Assembly: GCA_951406725.2 (NCBI GenBank)
Contig: OX597833.1
Location: forward strand, 70,742,001 to 70,806,000
Source of the DNA: Octopus vulgaris
Lineage: Eukaryota
Length of the DNA stretch: 64,000 nt
Direction of reading: 5' to 3'
Below the pieces are notes generated by a model. It ran no database searches, was not told the origin of the DNA, and was given only the letters and a program-made list of their open reading frames with translations. The translations under genes and the position numbers were made by a program. Shown here one piece after another: positions 39,052-51,858 of this stretch; the first letter of the stretch is position 1, and each line of letters begins with the position of its first letter.

Positions 39052-40228
39052 TGAGATTTGATTATTTTTTTTGAGATTTAGTTAGGAATTTTTCCTAACT
39101 ATCAATGCTTAATGACTGTCAATCTTACCAATCAAAGCCTCTTTGATTGGTAAGATTGATGTGATTGATGTTCAGTTTAAACTTCTGGAAGTAAATGTCT
39201 ATATGGAAAACACTGGCAAGAAGAGAATTTCAAAGAATTAGCTTTCTGATGTTGGAATGGAAGGGTGGCCAGTGGTCCCTCTTAGCTGAGCCCTTGTACA
39301 TGCAGTACGTGTGTTTTACAACTAGGAATAGGAGCTGTGGAATATGTGCACACAAAATTTTCAATAAATTGAAATTTTTTTTTTTAATTGAAGATTATTT
39401 GGCCTGGCATTTAAGAGTTTATAAAACTAGAACTGCGTTACATGTTAAGTGGCACCAACTTCACAGGACAGTGCCTCTTAGCCATTTCTAAAGAATGAGC
39501 ACATTTTGATGCCAACCCACCTGACACTGGCCCTGGTTCTACGATATCAACTTGCAGTTTTAAAGGGATCTTAGTTGAAACTTTGCATGAAAATTCCATG
39601 TTTTTGTTCCAAAAACCAACTTGATTCTAATGATGGTTATTTTACTAAATTCTTTAATTAATTTCAAAATTAATTAAAACAATGGAAATGTATTTCTACA
39701 GAGATATGGTAATGAAAGGATTAAGGCTTAAATCTGTGGATTTAGAGAATATTAAAATTTTCTTTGTGTGTTGAAGAGAATAAAGTTATTTTAAAAAATG
39801 GATTAATTTTATTCTGGAAAGCATTTTTAATAAAATTTATATACTTTACCCTCTTTATCATCCCACCATCCCTCAAAACACCATTTTGTATCTCCAAGGG
39901 GGTGCGGGCACCCCAAATTGGAAAAGACCCCTGTCATAGAAGATCCTTCATTGTATGTCCTTTATGTGTGTGTGACACACCACCATTGAATCGGTCATCA
40001 ATCATTAATCATTCTAGTTCCTCTACTTTTAAAGTTTGGTTATTTTAGGTTTCAGTTTCTTCTTTTAAAGATCTGCTGAGAGAGTTTGTTGCAGAAGCAG
40101 GAAATATCTTGTTGGATGAAGCGAATGGATCAGTTTTACAGAATTGTCGAGGTTCTCCCTGGTTCTCCTTTGTCTCAGATTGGCCGTTGATGCGGGTTTG
40201 CCTTGCATCGATATTGTTATTCTCTTAA

Positions 40229-40459
40229 GGCGACAAGCTGGCAGAATCGTTAGCACGCCGGGTGAAATGCTTAGCGGTATTTCGTCTGCCATTACGTTCT
40301 GAGTTCAAATTCCGCCGAGGTCGACTTTGCCTTTCATCCTTTCGGGGTTGATAAATTAAGTACCAGTTACGCACTGGGCTCGATATAATCGACTCAATAC
40401 CTATGTCTGTCCTTGTTTGTCCCCTCTGTATGTAGCCCCTTGTGGGTAATAAAGAAATA
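40229..40459 (+). mobile_element. SINE family B with 15-bp TSD
   Basis: GATATTGTTATTCTC at 40210-40224 and 40460-40474. Confidence 0.9.
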
Positions 40460-40480
40460 GATATTGTTATTCTCACTGGG

Positions 40481-40677
40481 AGGACAAGTTTTAACAAATG
40501 TTGTTTAATTTAATCATGTAAAAAAAAGAGAGTTTTGACGTTTTGGGACATTAGTCCTTCATCAGAAATAAATTAGAAACTGCAAAACAGTGGTGTGAAG
40601 TTTTATATATTATACATGTTTAGGGCTACTATAAACAACTTTTGTTTGTTTTTTGATGTTCTCTGCCCAGCAAAGGG
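40481..40677. repeat. ~197-bp HHR-containing repeat, copy 2 (GAAA core disrupted)
   Basis: Nearly identical to 29014-29210, but GACGTTTTGGGAC replaces GACGTTTCGGAC. Confidence 0.85.
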
Positions 40678-40953
40678 AGACTTTACCCTCAAACCAAGTC
40701 ACAACTCCGACCAACCTTGAACCCTACATTGTTTGGGACGTGTGCATTATATCTGTTAGATTCTACTTGTTTCAGTCTGCGACCATGCACAGTTTTTAAG
40801 ACACTTTATCTACAGACCTACCTTCATTATCTCCTCTCTCTCTCTCTCTCCACCCTCTCATCTTTGCTCTTATTCAGTCCCTCTCTTGTACATCTCACAA
40901 ATTCTCTCCTATTTTCTCTCTCTTTCATGTGTATATATATATATATATATATA

Positions 40954-41157
40954 TCATCATCATCGTTTAACGTCCGCTTTCCATGCTGGCATGGGTTGGA
41001 CGGTTTGACTGAGGGCTGGTGAACCAGGTGGCTGCACCAGGCTCCAATCTTGATCTGGCAGAGTTTCTACAGCTGGATGCCCTAACGTATCCAGCTGTAG
41101 AAACTCTGCCAGATCAAGATTGGAACCTGGTGCAGCCACCTGGTTCGCCAGCCCTCA
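40954..41157 (-). mobile_element. Repeat family C, truncated with a 71-bp fold-back inversion
   Basis: 41010-41080 is inverted at 41087-41157. Confidence 0.9.
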
Positions 41158-41817
41158 TATATATAAACCTGCCTCGCCATCTCTTAAAGAGAGACTGTGC
41201 TGCTGCCTGGTTTAAACCTCACAGAGACTAACTATAAAACACTCCCCTTCTGGGCCTTGTAAACTCTTCACCTGTTTACTTAACTATATAGACTGATATT
41301 CAACTAACTCACATTTTAAAACCACCACCACCACCACCATTTTAAAATCATCATCATCATCATCACCATTATTATTATTATTCTTTCTGATTTGGGCCTA
41401 AAGCTATCAAATTTAAAGAGAGTGATTAGTCAGTGATACCATCCACACCAGTACTTCACTGGTACTTTATTTTATCAGTCAAGTACTTTAATATAATTGC
41501 CTGACCACTTCTCCTTAGAATTACTCACCTTTTGCCTAAATCAGAAACTATTATCATTATTATTATTATATTTCTTAGTAGAAGTGTAGCCCAGAATGCC
41601 TTGTGGTGTTTAGTGAAATCCCTTCCCGTTGCCCAATTACTGCTGAGGTAGCCTTTTCACTTTTGAGATCAATAAAATACCAGTAAAATACTGGGGGGGT
41701 AATTTTTGATTGATTCAATGTTTCCTTCCCAGAAATGTTTGGACTTGTGCCTCTGTTAGGAATTGTTGTTGTTGTTATTATTTACAATGAATAACAGAAG
41801 AATTTGACAAATCTTTC

Positions 41818-41866
<49 letters not shown>

Positions 41867-41997
41867 AAGAATGGCACCCTTAGCACACCATACAAGCAAC
41901 CCTTTGTTGTTACTGGAGCACACACACACACCCCTCATCAATTCACACACTTATCTTTACACACAAACACATACCTTCGTTATATACACACACACAA

Positions 41998-42410
41998 GGC
42001 GGCGAACTGGCAGAATCGTTAGCACGCCGGGCGAAATGCGTAGCTGTATTTCGTCTGCCGTTACGTTCTGAGTTCAAATTCCACCGAGGTCGACTTTGCC
42101 TTTCATCCTTTCGGGGTCGATAAATTAAGTACCAGTTACACACTGGGGTCGATATAATTGACTTAATCCGTTTGTCTGTCCTTGTTTGTCCCCTTTGCGT
42201 TTAGCCCCTTGTGGGGAGTAAAGAAATAGGTATTTCATCTGTCTTTGTGTTCTGAGTTCAAATTCCACCGAGGTCGACTTTGCCTTTCATCCTTTTGTGG
42301 TTGATAAATTAAGTACCAGTTACGCACTGGGGTCGATGTAATCGACTTAATCCATTTGTCTGTCCTTGTTTGTCCCCTCTGTGTTTAGCCCCTTGTGGAT
42401 AGTAAAGAAA
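41998..42410 (+). mobile_element. SINE family B with tandem duplication of its body
   Basis: Full copy to ~42230, then a second headless body at 42231-42410. Confidence 0.85.
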
Positions 42411-42502
42411 TATATATACACACACACATACTTGTCTATCTTTACATTGACACACACATACACATATAATATCTATCATTGCACACATATATATATAACC
42501 TT

Positions 42503-42533
<31 letters not shown>

Positions 42534-42744
42534 ACCCTCCTCCAAACTTTTTCTTGTTAAAATGGTTTTAATTTTTTATCAAATTAATGAAACCAAGAGG
42601 TTGTTTTTTTTTGGTTTTTTATCCCTTGTATTTAATAATTATCACTGCTTTAATTAATTGCCGACTCATTTTAATTGTTTTCCAAAAAATATGTTCTGTA
42701 TATATTTATATTTATATTAGTATTTTTTATTATGTGCAAAGGAA

Positions 42745-42990
42745 GGCAGGTCGATGGGTAGACTCGGTGGAGCATCGCACTGAAAACTTTGTGCTATGTC
42801 GGTGTGTCACTTTTTACATTCTGGGTTCAAATCCTACCGAAGTCAGCTTTGCCTTTCATCCTTCCTGAGTCAATGAAATAAAGTACCAGTCATATACTGG
42901 GGTCATTTGAATCAACTAACCTCTCTTCCATGTTTGTGACCTTGTGCCTGCCTGTCTTACAAACAGTTGTCGTTGATGTTATTGTTGTTG

Positions 42991-43023
<33 letters not shown>

Positions 43024-43600
43024 GGCAACCAGTTGGTAGAAGGCTGAGCAGCATTTTGTCCGTCTTTACGTTCTGAGTTCAAATCCTGCCTTGGGCGACT
43101 TTGCCTTCCATCCTTTTGGGGTTGGTAAAATAAGGGCCAGTATTTGAGGTCGAGTACCAGTGAAATGCTGGGGTCGATGTAATCAACTTGCCCCACCCTC
43201 GAAATTGCTGGCCTTGTGCCAAAATTTGAAATCATTATTATTGTTCTTAGTATTAAGGTGATGAGCTGGCAGAGTCGTTAGTGCACTGGACGAAATGCTT
43301 AGCAGTATTTCGCCCCTTCGCTATGTTCTGAGTTCAATTTCTGCCAAGGACAACTTTGTCTTTCCATCCTTTTGAGGTCAATAAAATAAGTACCAGTTAC
43401 ACACTGGGGTCGATATAATCAGCTTAACCCCACCCCCAAAATTGTTGTCCTTGTAGCAAAATTTGAAACCATTATTATTATTATTATTCTTTTCTACTCT
43501 AGGCACAAGGCCTGAAATTTTGGGGGAGGGGGCCAGTCAATTAGATTGACCCCAGTACACAACTGGTACTTAATTTATCGACCCCAAAAGGATGAAAGGC
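42745..43600. mobile_element. Cluster of four diverged family B SINEs (three +, one -)
   Basis: Nin-like bodies at ~42745, 43023 and 43256 (+) and 43495-43600 (-), separated by (TTA)n. Further diverged copies at 2471, 12178, 29581, 47838 (+) and 58100, 59150 (-). Confidence 0.75.
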
Positions 43601-43924
43601 ATATCGTTACTATTATTAGGGCAGCTGTTAAAGCTAATTTTTGGTCTTGTATTCTGGTTTTCTTTTTGGGCTTTTTTTTTTGCAATCAACATAAGGGTGC
43701 AAAGCAGTGCTTTTCCACCCTTCATTCCACCAGGGCCAACAAAGTACTTAACTATAGACAATAATGAATTGACTAAAATTAATTTTTCTCATAAAGCTCA
43801 ATCTCATAGCTACAAGTAACAAACCCCCCCACTTCTTTTACTAATAGAATCATTATAGAAATTCCAGTGAGTTCACAGAAACTGGGGGGACACAGGAATC
43901 AATGTCCTAAAATACTTTACTCTA

Positions 43925-44209
43925 TACATTATTTACATTTGACAGGCATATGGCGTAGTAGTTAAGCGCACGGGCTACTAACCCCAAGATTCCAGGTAGT
44001 GACATGAATAATAATAATAATAATAATAACATCGAAAAATACCTTAGGAATGAGAACCCAGGTTCGAAATTTTCCCCAAGACGCCTGATGAAGGCTGGAG
44101 GGTATATATCAGCCGAAATGTTGTGTTAACAACAAGCAAGATGAGGAGAAATATCCGTCAAATGTAAACAGTGTACATAATTCCTCATCTCCTTAATAAT
44201 AGAACTGTA
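43925..44209 (+). mobile_element. Near full-length monomer of the tRNA-headed HHR element with a short inverted 3' remnant at its 5' end
   Basis: tRNA-like head GGCATATGGCGTAGTAGTTAAG at 43945, then (AAT)n, then HHR core CTGATGA 44085-44091 and GAAA 44115-44118. 43925-43943 is an inverted copy of ~44157-44175. Flanks TACTTTACTCT (43913-43923) and TACTTCACTCT (44211-44221). Confidence 0.78.
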
Positions 44210-44584
44210 TTACTTCACTCTGTGTGTGCACATGTTTGTGCGTATGATCTTGTCTTCTTGTATTTTGATTGAAACTAATACAGACTTGTGATTACCTTTA
44301 ATTGTTCCTACATTAATTATATAAATATCCTGTGATATCCACCCCCCCCTTTCTTTCTTCGAAAATTGCCCTTCTTCCCCAGTCAGAATCAACAGTAAAA
44401 TCCAGAATCCAATTAGTATTTATCTGCTGCTGTAGAATTTAATGCATAAAATTTTATCCATAAAAATAAATTACATCCAATATGGCAGACACTTGTCTTC
44501 CTTCATTAAGAAACTGAAGAGGAAAGAAAAAGAAAGAAATGAAATGAGGCCAAAACAGGAATTGTTGAGAATGTTTATTTAGTC

Positions 44585-44845
44585 TTTTATTTGTTTCATT
44601 CATTTTGACTGCGGCCATGCTGGAGCACAGCCTTTAGTCAAACAAATCGACCCCAGCACTTATTCTTTGTAAGCTTAGTACTTATTCTATTGGTCTCTTA
44701 TGACAAACTGCTAAGTTACGGCGACGTAGACATGCTACCATCAGTTGTCAAGTGATGGGGAGGGGGAGACAAACACATACACACACACACACATATATAT
44801 ATGATGGGCTTCTTTCAGTCTCCATCTACCAAATCCCCTCACAGG
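44585..44845 (-). mobile_element. SINE family A, 5'-truncated
   Basis: 3' half only. Confidence 0.8.
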
Positions 44846-44871
44846 GGATACATATAAATGAAACAAATACT

Positions 44872-45166
44872 GTAATAATCTTATCTTTACAGCTGTTTCG
44901 GATGAACCATGACTTGTGTCACAGCCATGGCTATTATGTAATAATGATTATGTAATATTGTAGATGAATCGAATAATATGAATTTTTAAAGTGTATTGCT
45001 GTGCAATGCACTTTTAGCTAGAATCTTCTTTTGAGGTTAATATAATTTTTGCCTCAGAGATCAATAAAAATTCATGTAGTTCTATACATCTATGATATTA
45101 CAGGGTTTTTTTTATTACATAATAGCCATCATTTGTTTTGAAACAGCTGTAAAGATAGGAATATTA
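44872..45166. repeat. Diverged fold-back element with HHR-like 3' half (GAAACAGCTGTA) in each arm
   Basis: ATCTTTACAGCTGTTTC / GAAACAGCTGTAAAGAT and ATGGCTATTATGTAATAA / TTATTACATAATAGCCAT are inverted pairs. Confidence 0.65.
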
Positions 45167-45815
45167 TATCTTTTCTTTTTATTTGTATTCCATGTAAATA
45201 TACTCATCAAGCCTAATTGGGTTGATCTACCTTTTTTATTTTCTCAACAGGAATCATTCTTGTGGCCAACATTTCACACCAGAGCCAGGTGCCTTGGGTG
45301 ATGGAGTTGGACTTTAAATGCTCTTCTCTCTGAGCACCATTCCTTGAATATCTACAACATTCTTGCTTTAGAATTCTCCAAAATACACTTCATATAAATT
45401 TACACATCTATGTAAATAACGTACTTGAATTCACTTAGCTAAGGTACCATGCACTAGAATGGAACCCGAAACCAGGTGGTTAATAAGTCAACTACATATG
45501 CATGCAACCATGCCTACACTGCACACACACACACACACAGCTCATCTGTGGTTAAACAGTGTATATAATTTATACTGTATTTATTTTAAACATTTCTTCT
45601 TCCATGCTGGCATGGATGGAATGGCGTTCATTATAATAACTGTTTATCTCTGTCTGGATGAGCATCATTCCTTTATGTTAATCAGTTCAGTCTATAATGA
45701 AGTAGCAGAAGAGCCTGTTGTCAGCCAAGTAAACTGAGGCAAGTATAACACAACACAGGCTGCTGTGTAGGTTTGAACTCACGGCTTGTATGATCAACAC
45801 TCGGTTACGTTAAAC

Positions 45816-46123
45816 TAGGGTTTTTCAAGTTGGGATGCACACCCCACCAGTAGGGAGCACAAGCCACTGGTGAGGTGGGGAGCACTAACCAGTGGTGAGG
45901 TGGGGCAATATTTTGGCAGGACGTGGGTAACTTCAAAATGGGACGTCAGAATTAAGGGAATAAAACTGGCCACAAAGTCTTTATTAAAACTTCTGAATAT
46001 ATATATTTACAGAACACACACACACACGTGTGTGTATGTGTGTGCTGTATATGAAATTTGTTCATGGTGCGATGTATGGAAAATCAACATAGGTAACGGG
46101 ATGAAAAGGGTTAAAAAACACTG
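45816..46123. mobile_element. Diverged hAT-type MITE
   Basis: Ends TAGGGTTTTTCAA / TTAAAAAACACTG. 8-bp flanks CGTTAAAC / CTTTAAAC. Confidence 0.6.
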
Positions 46124-46324
46124 CTTTAAACCCAGCAGGGGTCAAACATCCTTGGTTCAATATGTTAGTTTGGCAATCACATGGTTTCATATTTTATCCC
46201 CCTGAGGGACACCTTGGGCAAACAGGCAAGTGTCTCCCACCATTGACTTGTGTTGACCCATTACTTTTGCATGACATTCAGTTGATGGAAACTTTGTAAA
46301 TCCCTGGCTTACATATGAACTTGT

Positions 46325-46950
46325 AGTAGTAGTAGTAGTAGTAATAGTGATGATAATGAATGCCCTGATGCTGTACCAGGCAGTGGCTCTCATGGCTTCT
46401 GATCTTAACTGATTGGAAGTGTTATCATGTACATTGTTTTGTCTTGGTATAAAAGATGGGTTACAGCAAATATTCTGCTCAATACCACAGATTTGCTGGT
46501 CAGTTGTTGGACCTTAACCAGTTGAGCATGTCCCTTGGTGGCTGACGATATGTGCATCTCTGATCACGAGCGGAAGTAGTGGGAGAGCATCATAGCCGTG
46601 TGTTGTGAGGAATTCTTGGACGTTTGGATAATTCTCTAGGGTTTTCATCATCCTCAACCATTATTCAGGGGCCTCTTGAGCGGGATGGGATACTCGATCT
46701 GAAGAAAATTCTAACTGGGCCCCACCTGCAAAGTTATTCAATGTTTATCTTGGCATGTGGTCACCATGTTGTGTGCACACATGTTTCTAACGCATGTGCC
46801 TGGTGTTGCTGTCAAGACACAACAGGAATAAACACCACAAGGCATATGTCCCGACCCTCCTTCAGCAGTCCAGACAATCCACTTGCCTGGTTTGCTTGGC
46901 TTTGGTGGAATGTGAACTCAAACCACAGACGGGCAGAACAAACACTGTGA
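46325..46950 (-). mobile_element. Unclassified interspersed repeat or LINE 3' remnant
   Basis: Higher-GC block ending in a (TAC)n tail on the minus strand, with a weak RTE-like C-terminal peptide (PVCGLSSH). Confidence 0.35.
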
Positions 46951-47767
46951 TGTGGCCAATCCTCTAATGATCCTCTCAACGTGGATCAATGAATGATGTA
47001 AACATTGGCAATCTAGTGATTTGCAAGCAGAGTCCCTTGAGGTATTTGTTCTGCATTGTGTTAAGATACTCCCTTGTCATTCTCATCATTCCAAACACAG
47101 TGAATCCAGGATTGGACATTTACAAACTAATAACCATCAATACCATTGTTTACTAATTGGTTTAATGAATAAAATTAATTAATGGTTTTATTTTATTTCA
47201 TTGACCATTTTACTTTAAAAGATTTTTTTTTAATTTTTACCCCAAATTTTTAAAATAATTTTTAAAATTTAAATTTTCTTTCCAATTATCAAAGTGATGA
47301 TATATAATATGGTGTATATACAATATATAAATATTTGTTTTTTAAACCAGACTCCCTGCTTGTAAATAAGTTGAAAAAGACCAATAATTTCCCCTTTTCT
47401 GCACATTAACAATGTAAATGTTATAAGATTAAAGATTAAAGATTTAAGATGGTGGAGTGAAAGAAATTGCAGAGCACCAGACTAGATGTCTTACTGTACT
47501 TTTGTTTGTTTCTTGACATTTCTTGACATTTTGAGATGAAATTCTACAGGGGATGACTTCAATTTTCTTTCCCTCCAGACTTGACAAAATATGTACCAGT
47601 GTTATACTGGGGGAAGGTAGTAGGAGGCAGTTCAGTTAACACTCCTCCTCTTCATCCATTAGTCTTTAAGCCTGGAGGGGAAAATATTAATCGGGGCTTG
47701 ATGCTACTCACAAAAACACTCTTCTCAAAAACTTCTGGCCTTCTGCCAAAACTTGAAACCATTGTTG

Positions 47768-47832
<65 letters not shown>

Positions 47833-49394
47833 GTCAAGGTGGCAAGCTGGCAGAAATGTTAGCAAGCCGGGTGAAATTCTTGATGGCATTTCGTCTGTGT
47901 TTACGTTCTGAGTTCAAATTCTGCTGAGGTCGACTTTGCCTTTCATCCTTTTGGGGTTGAAAAATTAAGTACCAGTGAAATACTGGAGGTGGGGTCGATG
48001 TAATAGATTCGTCCCCTCCCCCCAAAATGGCTGCCCTTGTGGCAAAAAAGAAATAATAATAATAATTATTATTATTATTATTATTTTTTATTATTATTAT
48101 AGCATCGAAGGTGTTTATAAGCCATTTAAAAACACACACATATATACATACATACATACATACATACACACATACATACACACATGCATACATACATATA
48201 TATATCATGAGCTAACTGTTACTTTCTCAGATGCAGCACAGAATTTTGCCAGTGAACAGGTCGCAGTCTCAAAGGGATGAAAATATTTTGGCAAATTAAA
48301 AATTTAAATGTTGAAGTGAATCTAATGGCTTATAATCACCTTCCATGCTGCAATTTGTTTTTGTTCCAGCACACGATCTCAGATCAGGTCACTTGCTATG
48401 CAAGTACATCTCCATAATATTATTATCTGGGAAAAATTGCTGAAAGAGAGATACAAGAAACAAACTTTTTTGGTTTTTTTATTTGGAGACTTTGGTGACT
48501 GAATTGTAAACACAATATTTAATAATTAATATCAATTAATACTTAATAAACAATATATATATACCCATATATATATAATATATTTCTATATACATAATAT
48601 GTATGTGTGTGTGTGTGTGTATATGTATATATATGTGTATATATATATATATATATTTGTAGTCTACCCTCTTCAGATATATTATTAATTAGGTTCACAT
48701 CCTCAAATGATTTGCTATAAAATCTTAATTATTTTGAGATGAACAATTTTGGAGAGAAGTGATTTTTTTAGAAAAAAAAATATTTTGTGGATTGTAAAAG
48801 AAAATGCAGAAAAAATGTTTTTAATCTCATAAATAAAAAAAAAATAATAATTTCCATTTATTTGGTAAATTGAAACACACTAATTACAACAACAACAACA
48901 AAAATGTTGATTTTTTTTTTTTTGTTTTCATTTCTAATTCTTATTTTTACATATTTATATCATTGTCATTGGTAGAGTACTTGGGTACTCAGGAGTACTC
49001 TGGAGTACTCAGGAGGTAGCAGTGGGTTTTTTTTTTTTTTGTTTTTTTTTTTCATAAAGAAGTACCTACTTGAGTTTCAAGAATGTTCTCCGCCTCCTCC
49101 TCCTCCCCTCTTCCTCCTCCTCCTTCCCCACCCCACCCCATACACCCCCATCCTCTGTGGTAGCCTTAAACAACAACAACAACAACAGCAAAAGATACTC
49201 CTTTATTTATTACTCTTAGATGGTCCTTTTAATAATCTAACTCATGTGTAAACCCCTACAGAAAAAAAAAAGAACCCTTTTGTTTTTGTTTTTTTTTTAA
49301 AGGTTTGTTATTATTAAACTTGTACAGGAGAACTAACTTGGTGTGACTTTGTTATTTTTGCTCATTTTTATTGTTTATTTTCATGTTCTAATAT

Positions 49395-49799
49395 ACTCTT
49401 TTTATACTCTTTTACTCTTTTACTTGTTTCAGTCATTTGACTGCGGCCATGCTGGAGCACCGCCTTTAATCGATCAAATCGACCCCGGGACTTATTCTTT
49501 GTAAGCCCAGTACTTATTCTATCGGTCTCTTTTGCCGAACCGCTAAGTGACGGGGACGTAAACACACCAGCATCGGTTGTCAAGCAATGCTAGGGGGACA
49601 AACACAGACACACACATACATACATATATATACATATATACGACGGGCTTCTTTCAGTTTCCGTCTACCAAATCCACTCACAAGGCTTTGGTCAGCCCGG
49701 AGCTATAGCAGAAGACACTTACCCAAGATGCCACGCAGTGGGACTGAACCCAGAACCATGTGGTTGGTTAGCAAGCTACTTACCACACAGCCACTTCTG
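49395..49799 (-). mobile_element. SINE family A
   Basis: Reverse complement of family A. Confidence 0.9.
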
Positions 49800-49818
49800 T
49801 TTATAATTATTATTATTA

Positions 49819-49860
<42 letters not shown>

Positions 49861-49905
49861 CTTATCTCAAGCTATGAGTCTCCCTGTTATGCATATCTTA
49901 CATAA

Positions 49906-49950
49906 CACCTGTGTGACTCACCTGTGTGACTCACCTGTGTGACTCACCTG
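49906..49950. repeat. 13-bp tandem CACCTGTGTGACT, 3.5 copies
   Basis: Directly visible. Confidence 0.9.
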
Positions 49951-50055
49951 CTCTCCTTATCTTACTCTCTAACTCAACCTTCTTCCTTTTCCATTGAGGT
50001 GTCCGTGCATCTACTCTACAGCAAGACACCTCTGTCTGTCCCCTCTATGCCTTAA

Positions 50056-50276
50056 CCCTTTAGTGTTCAGATTACTCTGTTAAATGTAATGCTATTTTCA
50101 CTCAAATTGTTTTGAATTAATCATGCATTATCTTATATCTTTGATGTTTCAATGATGTGATTGTCTATTTTTAGAATGTCACTGTAGGTTAGGTGTGAGA
50201 GGCAAGATATGGCCAGTTTGAATATAAAATATGTGGAATATCTGGGCCAGATATGGCCGGTTTAAACAATAAAGGG
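50056..50276. mobile_element. TTAA-flanked MITE (piggyBac-like ends)
   Basis: TTAA|CCCTTTAG ... TAAAGGG|TTAA. Homologous copies at 18274-18495, ~17060-17255 and ~22228-22452. Confidence 0.75.
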
Positions 50277-50572
50277 TTAAATCTCTCATTAACTGGCACA
50301 AAGCCACTCTCAATACGACCCCCACCCGCCGACTTACAGCTGATGGAGTTATTAAGTGACCCCCGTTGGAACTGGTGTCAAGCGAAAAGTACCCGGCCCT
50401 CTCTGTAAAGTGGTTGGCATTAGGAAAGGCATTCAACCATGGAAACCAAGCCAAAACAGACAACAGAATCTGGTGTGGCCCCTGCCTTGGCCGGCTCCTG
50501 TCAAACCATCCAACCCATACCCGCATGGAAAACAGATGTTAAATGATGATGATGATGATATATTATATAATA

Positions 50573-50990
50573 GGCGCAGGAGTGGCTGTGTGGTAAGTAG
50601 CTTGTTTACCAACCACATGGTTCCGGGTTCAGTCCCACTGTGTGGCACCTTGGGCAAGTGTCTTCTACCATAGCCTCGGGCCGACCAAAGCCTTGTGAGT
50701 GGATTTGGTAGACGGAAACTGAAAGAAGCCCGTCGTATATATGTATATATATGTATATATATGTATATATATGTGTGTGTGTGTGTCTGTGTTTGTCCCC
50801 CTAGCATCGCTTGACAACCGATGCTGGTGTGTTTATGTCCCCGTTACTTAGCAGTTCGGCAAAAGAGAGCGATAGAATAAGTACTGGGATTACAAAAAGA
50901 ATAAGTCCCGGGGTCAAGTTGCTCGATTAAAGGTGGTGCTCCAGCATGGCCGCAGTCAAATGACTGAAACAAGTAAAAGAGTAAAAGAGA
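50573..50990 (+). mobile_element. SINE family A, full length
   Basis: Head and tail intact. Confidence 0.9.
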
Positions 50991-51364
50991 ATAGATGTTG
51001 AATTGCAAAGTTTGGGCCTCCCACCAAAGTGGTTTGAAGGGGCCAAGTGTCTTCTAACGCAGGCTCAGATTCCTCAAAGTTTTGCCATCTTCATCATCAT
51101 CAACAACAACATTTTAACGTCCACTTTTCCTTGCTGTCATGGATCAGACACAATCTGTGGAATCAGGTTTTCTGTAGCTGTCAGAGATTTTCTCCATGTC
51201 CGGACATGTTTCCACAGAAAATTAGAAACAAATGCCATTCCTTGTGTGAAGGTGATGCTTGTTCAAACATCACACCAGAGGCAAAGGCACAGAGAAACAT
51301 CCATACACACACACACACATATATATACATATATATGTGTGTGTGTGTGTATATATATATCTTT

Positions 51365-51527
51365 CTTTTATCTTTTACTTGTTTCAGTCATTTGACTGCG
51401 GCCTTTAGTCGAGCAAATCGATCCCGGGACTTATTCTTTGTAAGCCCAGTACTTATTCTATCGGTCTCTTGTGCCGAACCGCTAAGTGACTGGGATGTAA
51501 ACACACATATGTTTGTGTGTCAAGCAG

Positions 51528-51566
<39 letters not shown>

Positions 51567-51701
51567 CGACAGACTTCTTTCAGTTTCTGACTACCAAATC
51601 CACTCACAAGGCATTGGTCGGCCCGAGGCTATAGCAGAAGACTGAACTCGGAACCATGTGGTTGGTAAGCAAGCTACTTGCCACACAACCACTCCTGCGC
51701 C
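51365..51701 (-). mobile_element. SINE family A with internal deletions
   Basis: Reverse complement of family A with several gaps. Confidence 0.85.
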
Positions 51702-51714
51702 TATATTTGTATAT

Positions 51715-51858
51715 ATAATAACAATTTAATAAATAAAACATATGCATACATACATATATGTACATACCTATATGTATATATATACATGCATATAGATGTA
51801 GGTATGTACATATATGTATATATGTATGCATATGTTTTATTTATTAAATTGCTATTAT
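51715..51858. repeat. AT-rich inverted repeat
   Basis: CAATTTAATAAATAAAACATATGCATACATA / TATGTATGCATATGTTTTATTTATTAAATTG. Confidence 0.75.

Noticed and set aside
43945-44005. Possible tRNA gene (also the SINE heads)
   Set aside because: No complete cloverleaf or acceptor stem, and embedded in repeats.
49587-49877. Recurrent peptide MLGGQTQTH...RRHLPKMPRSGTEP
   Set aside because: Antisense translation of SINE family A copies, not a gene family.
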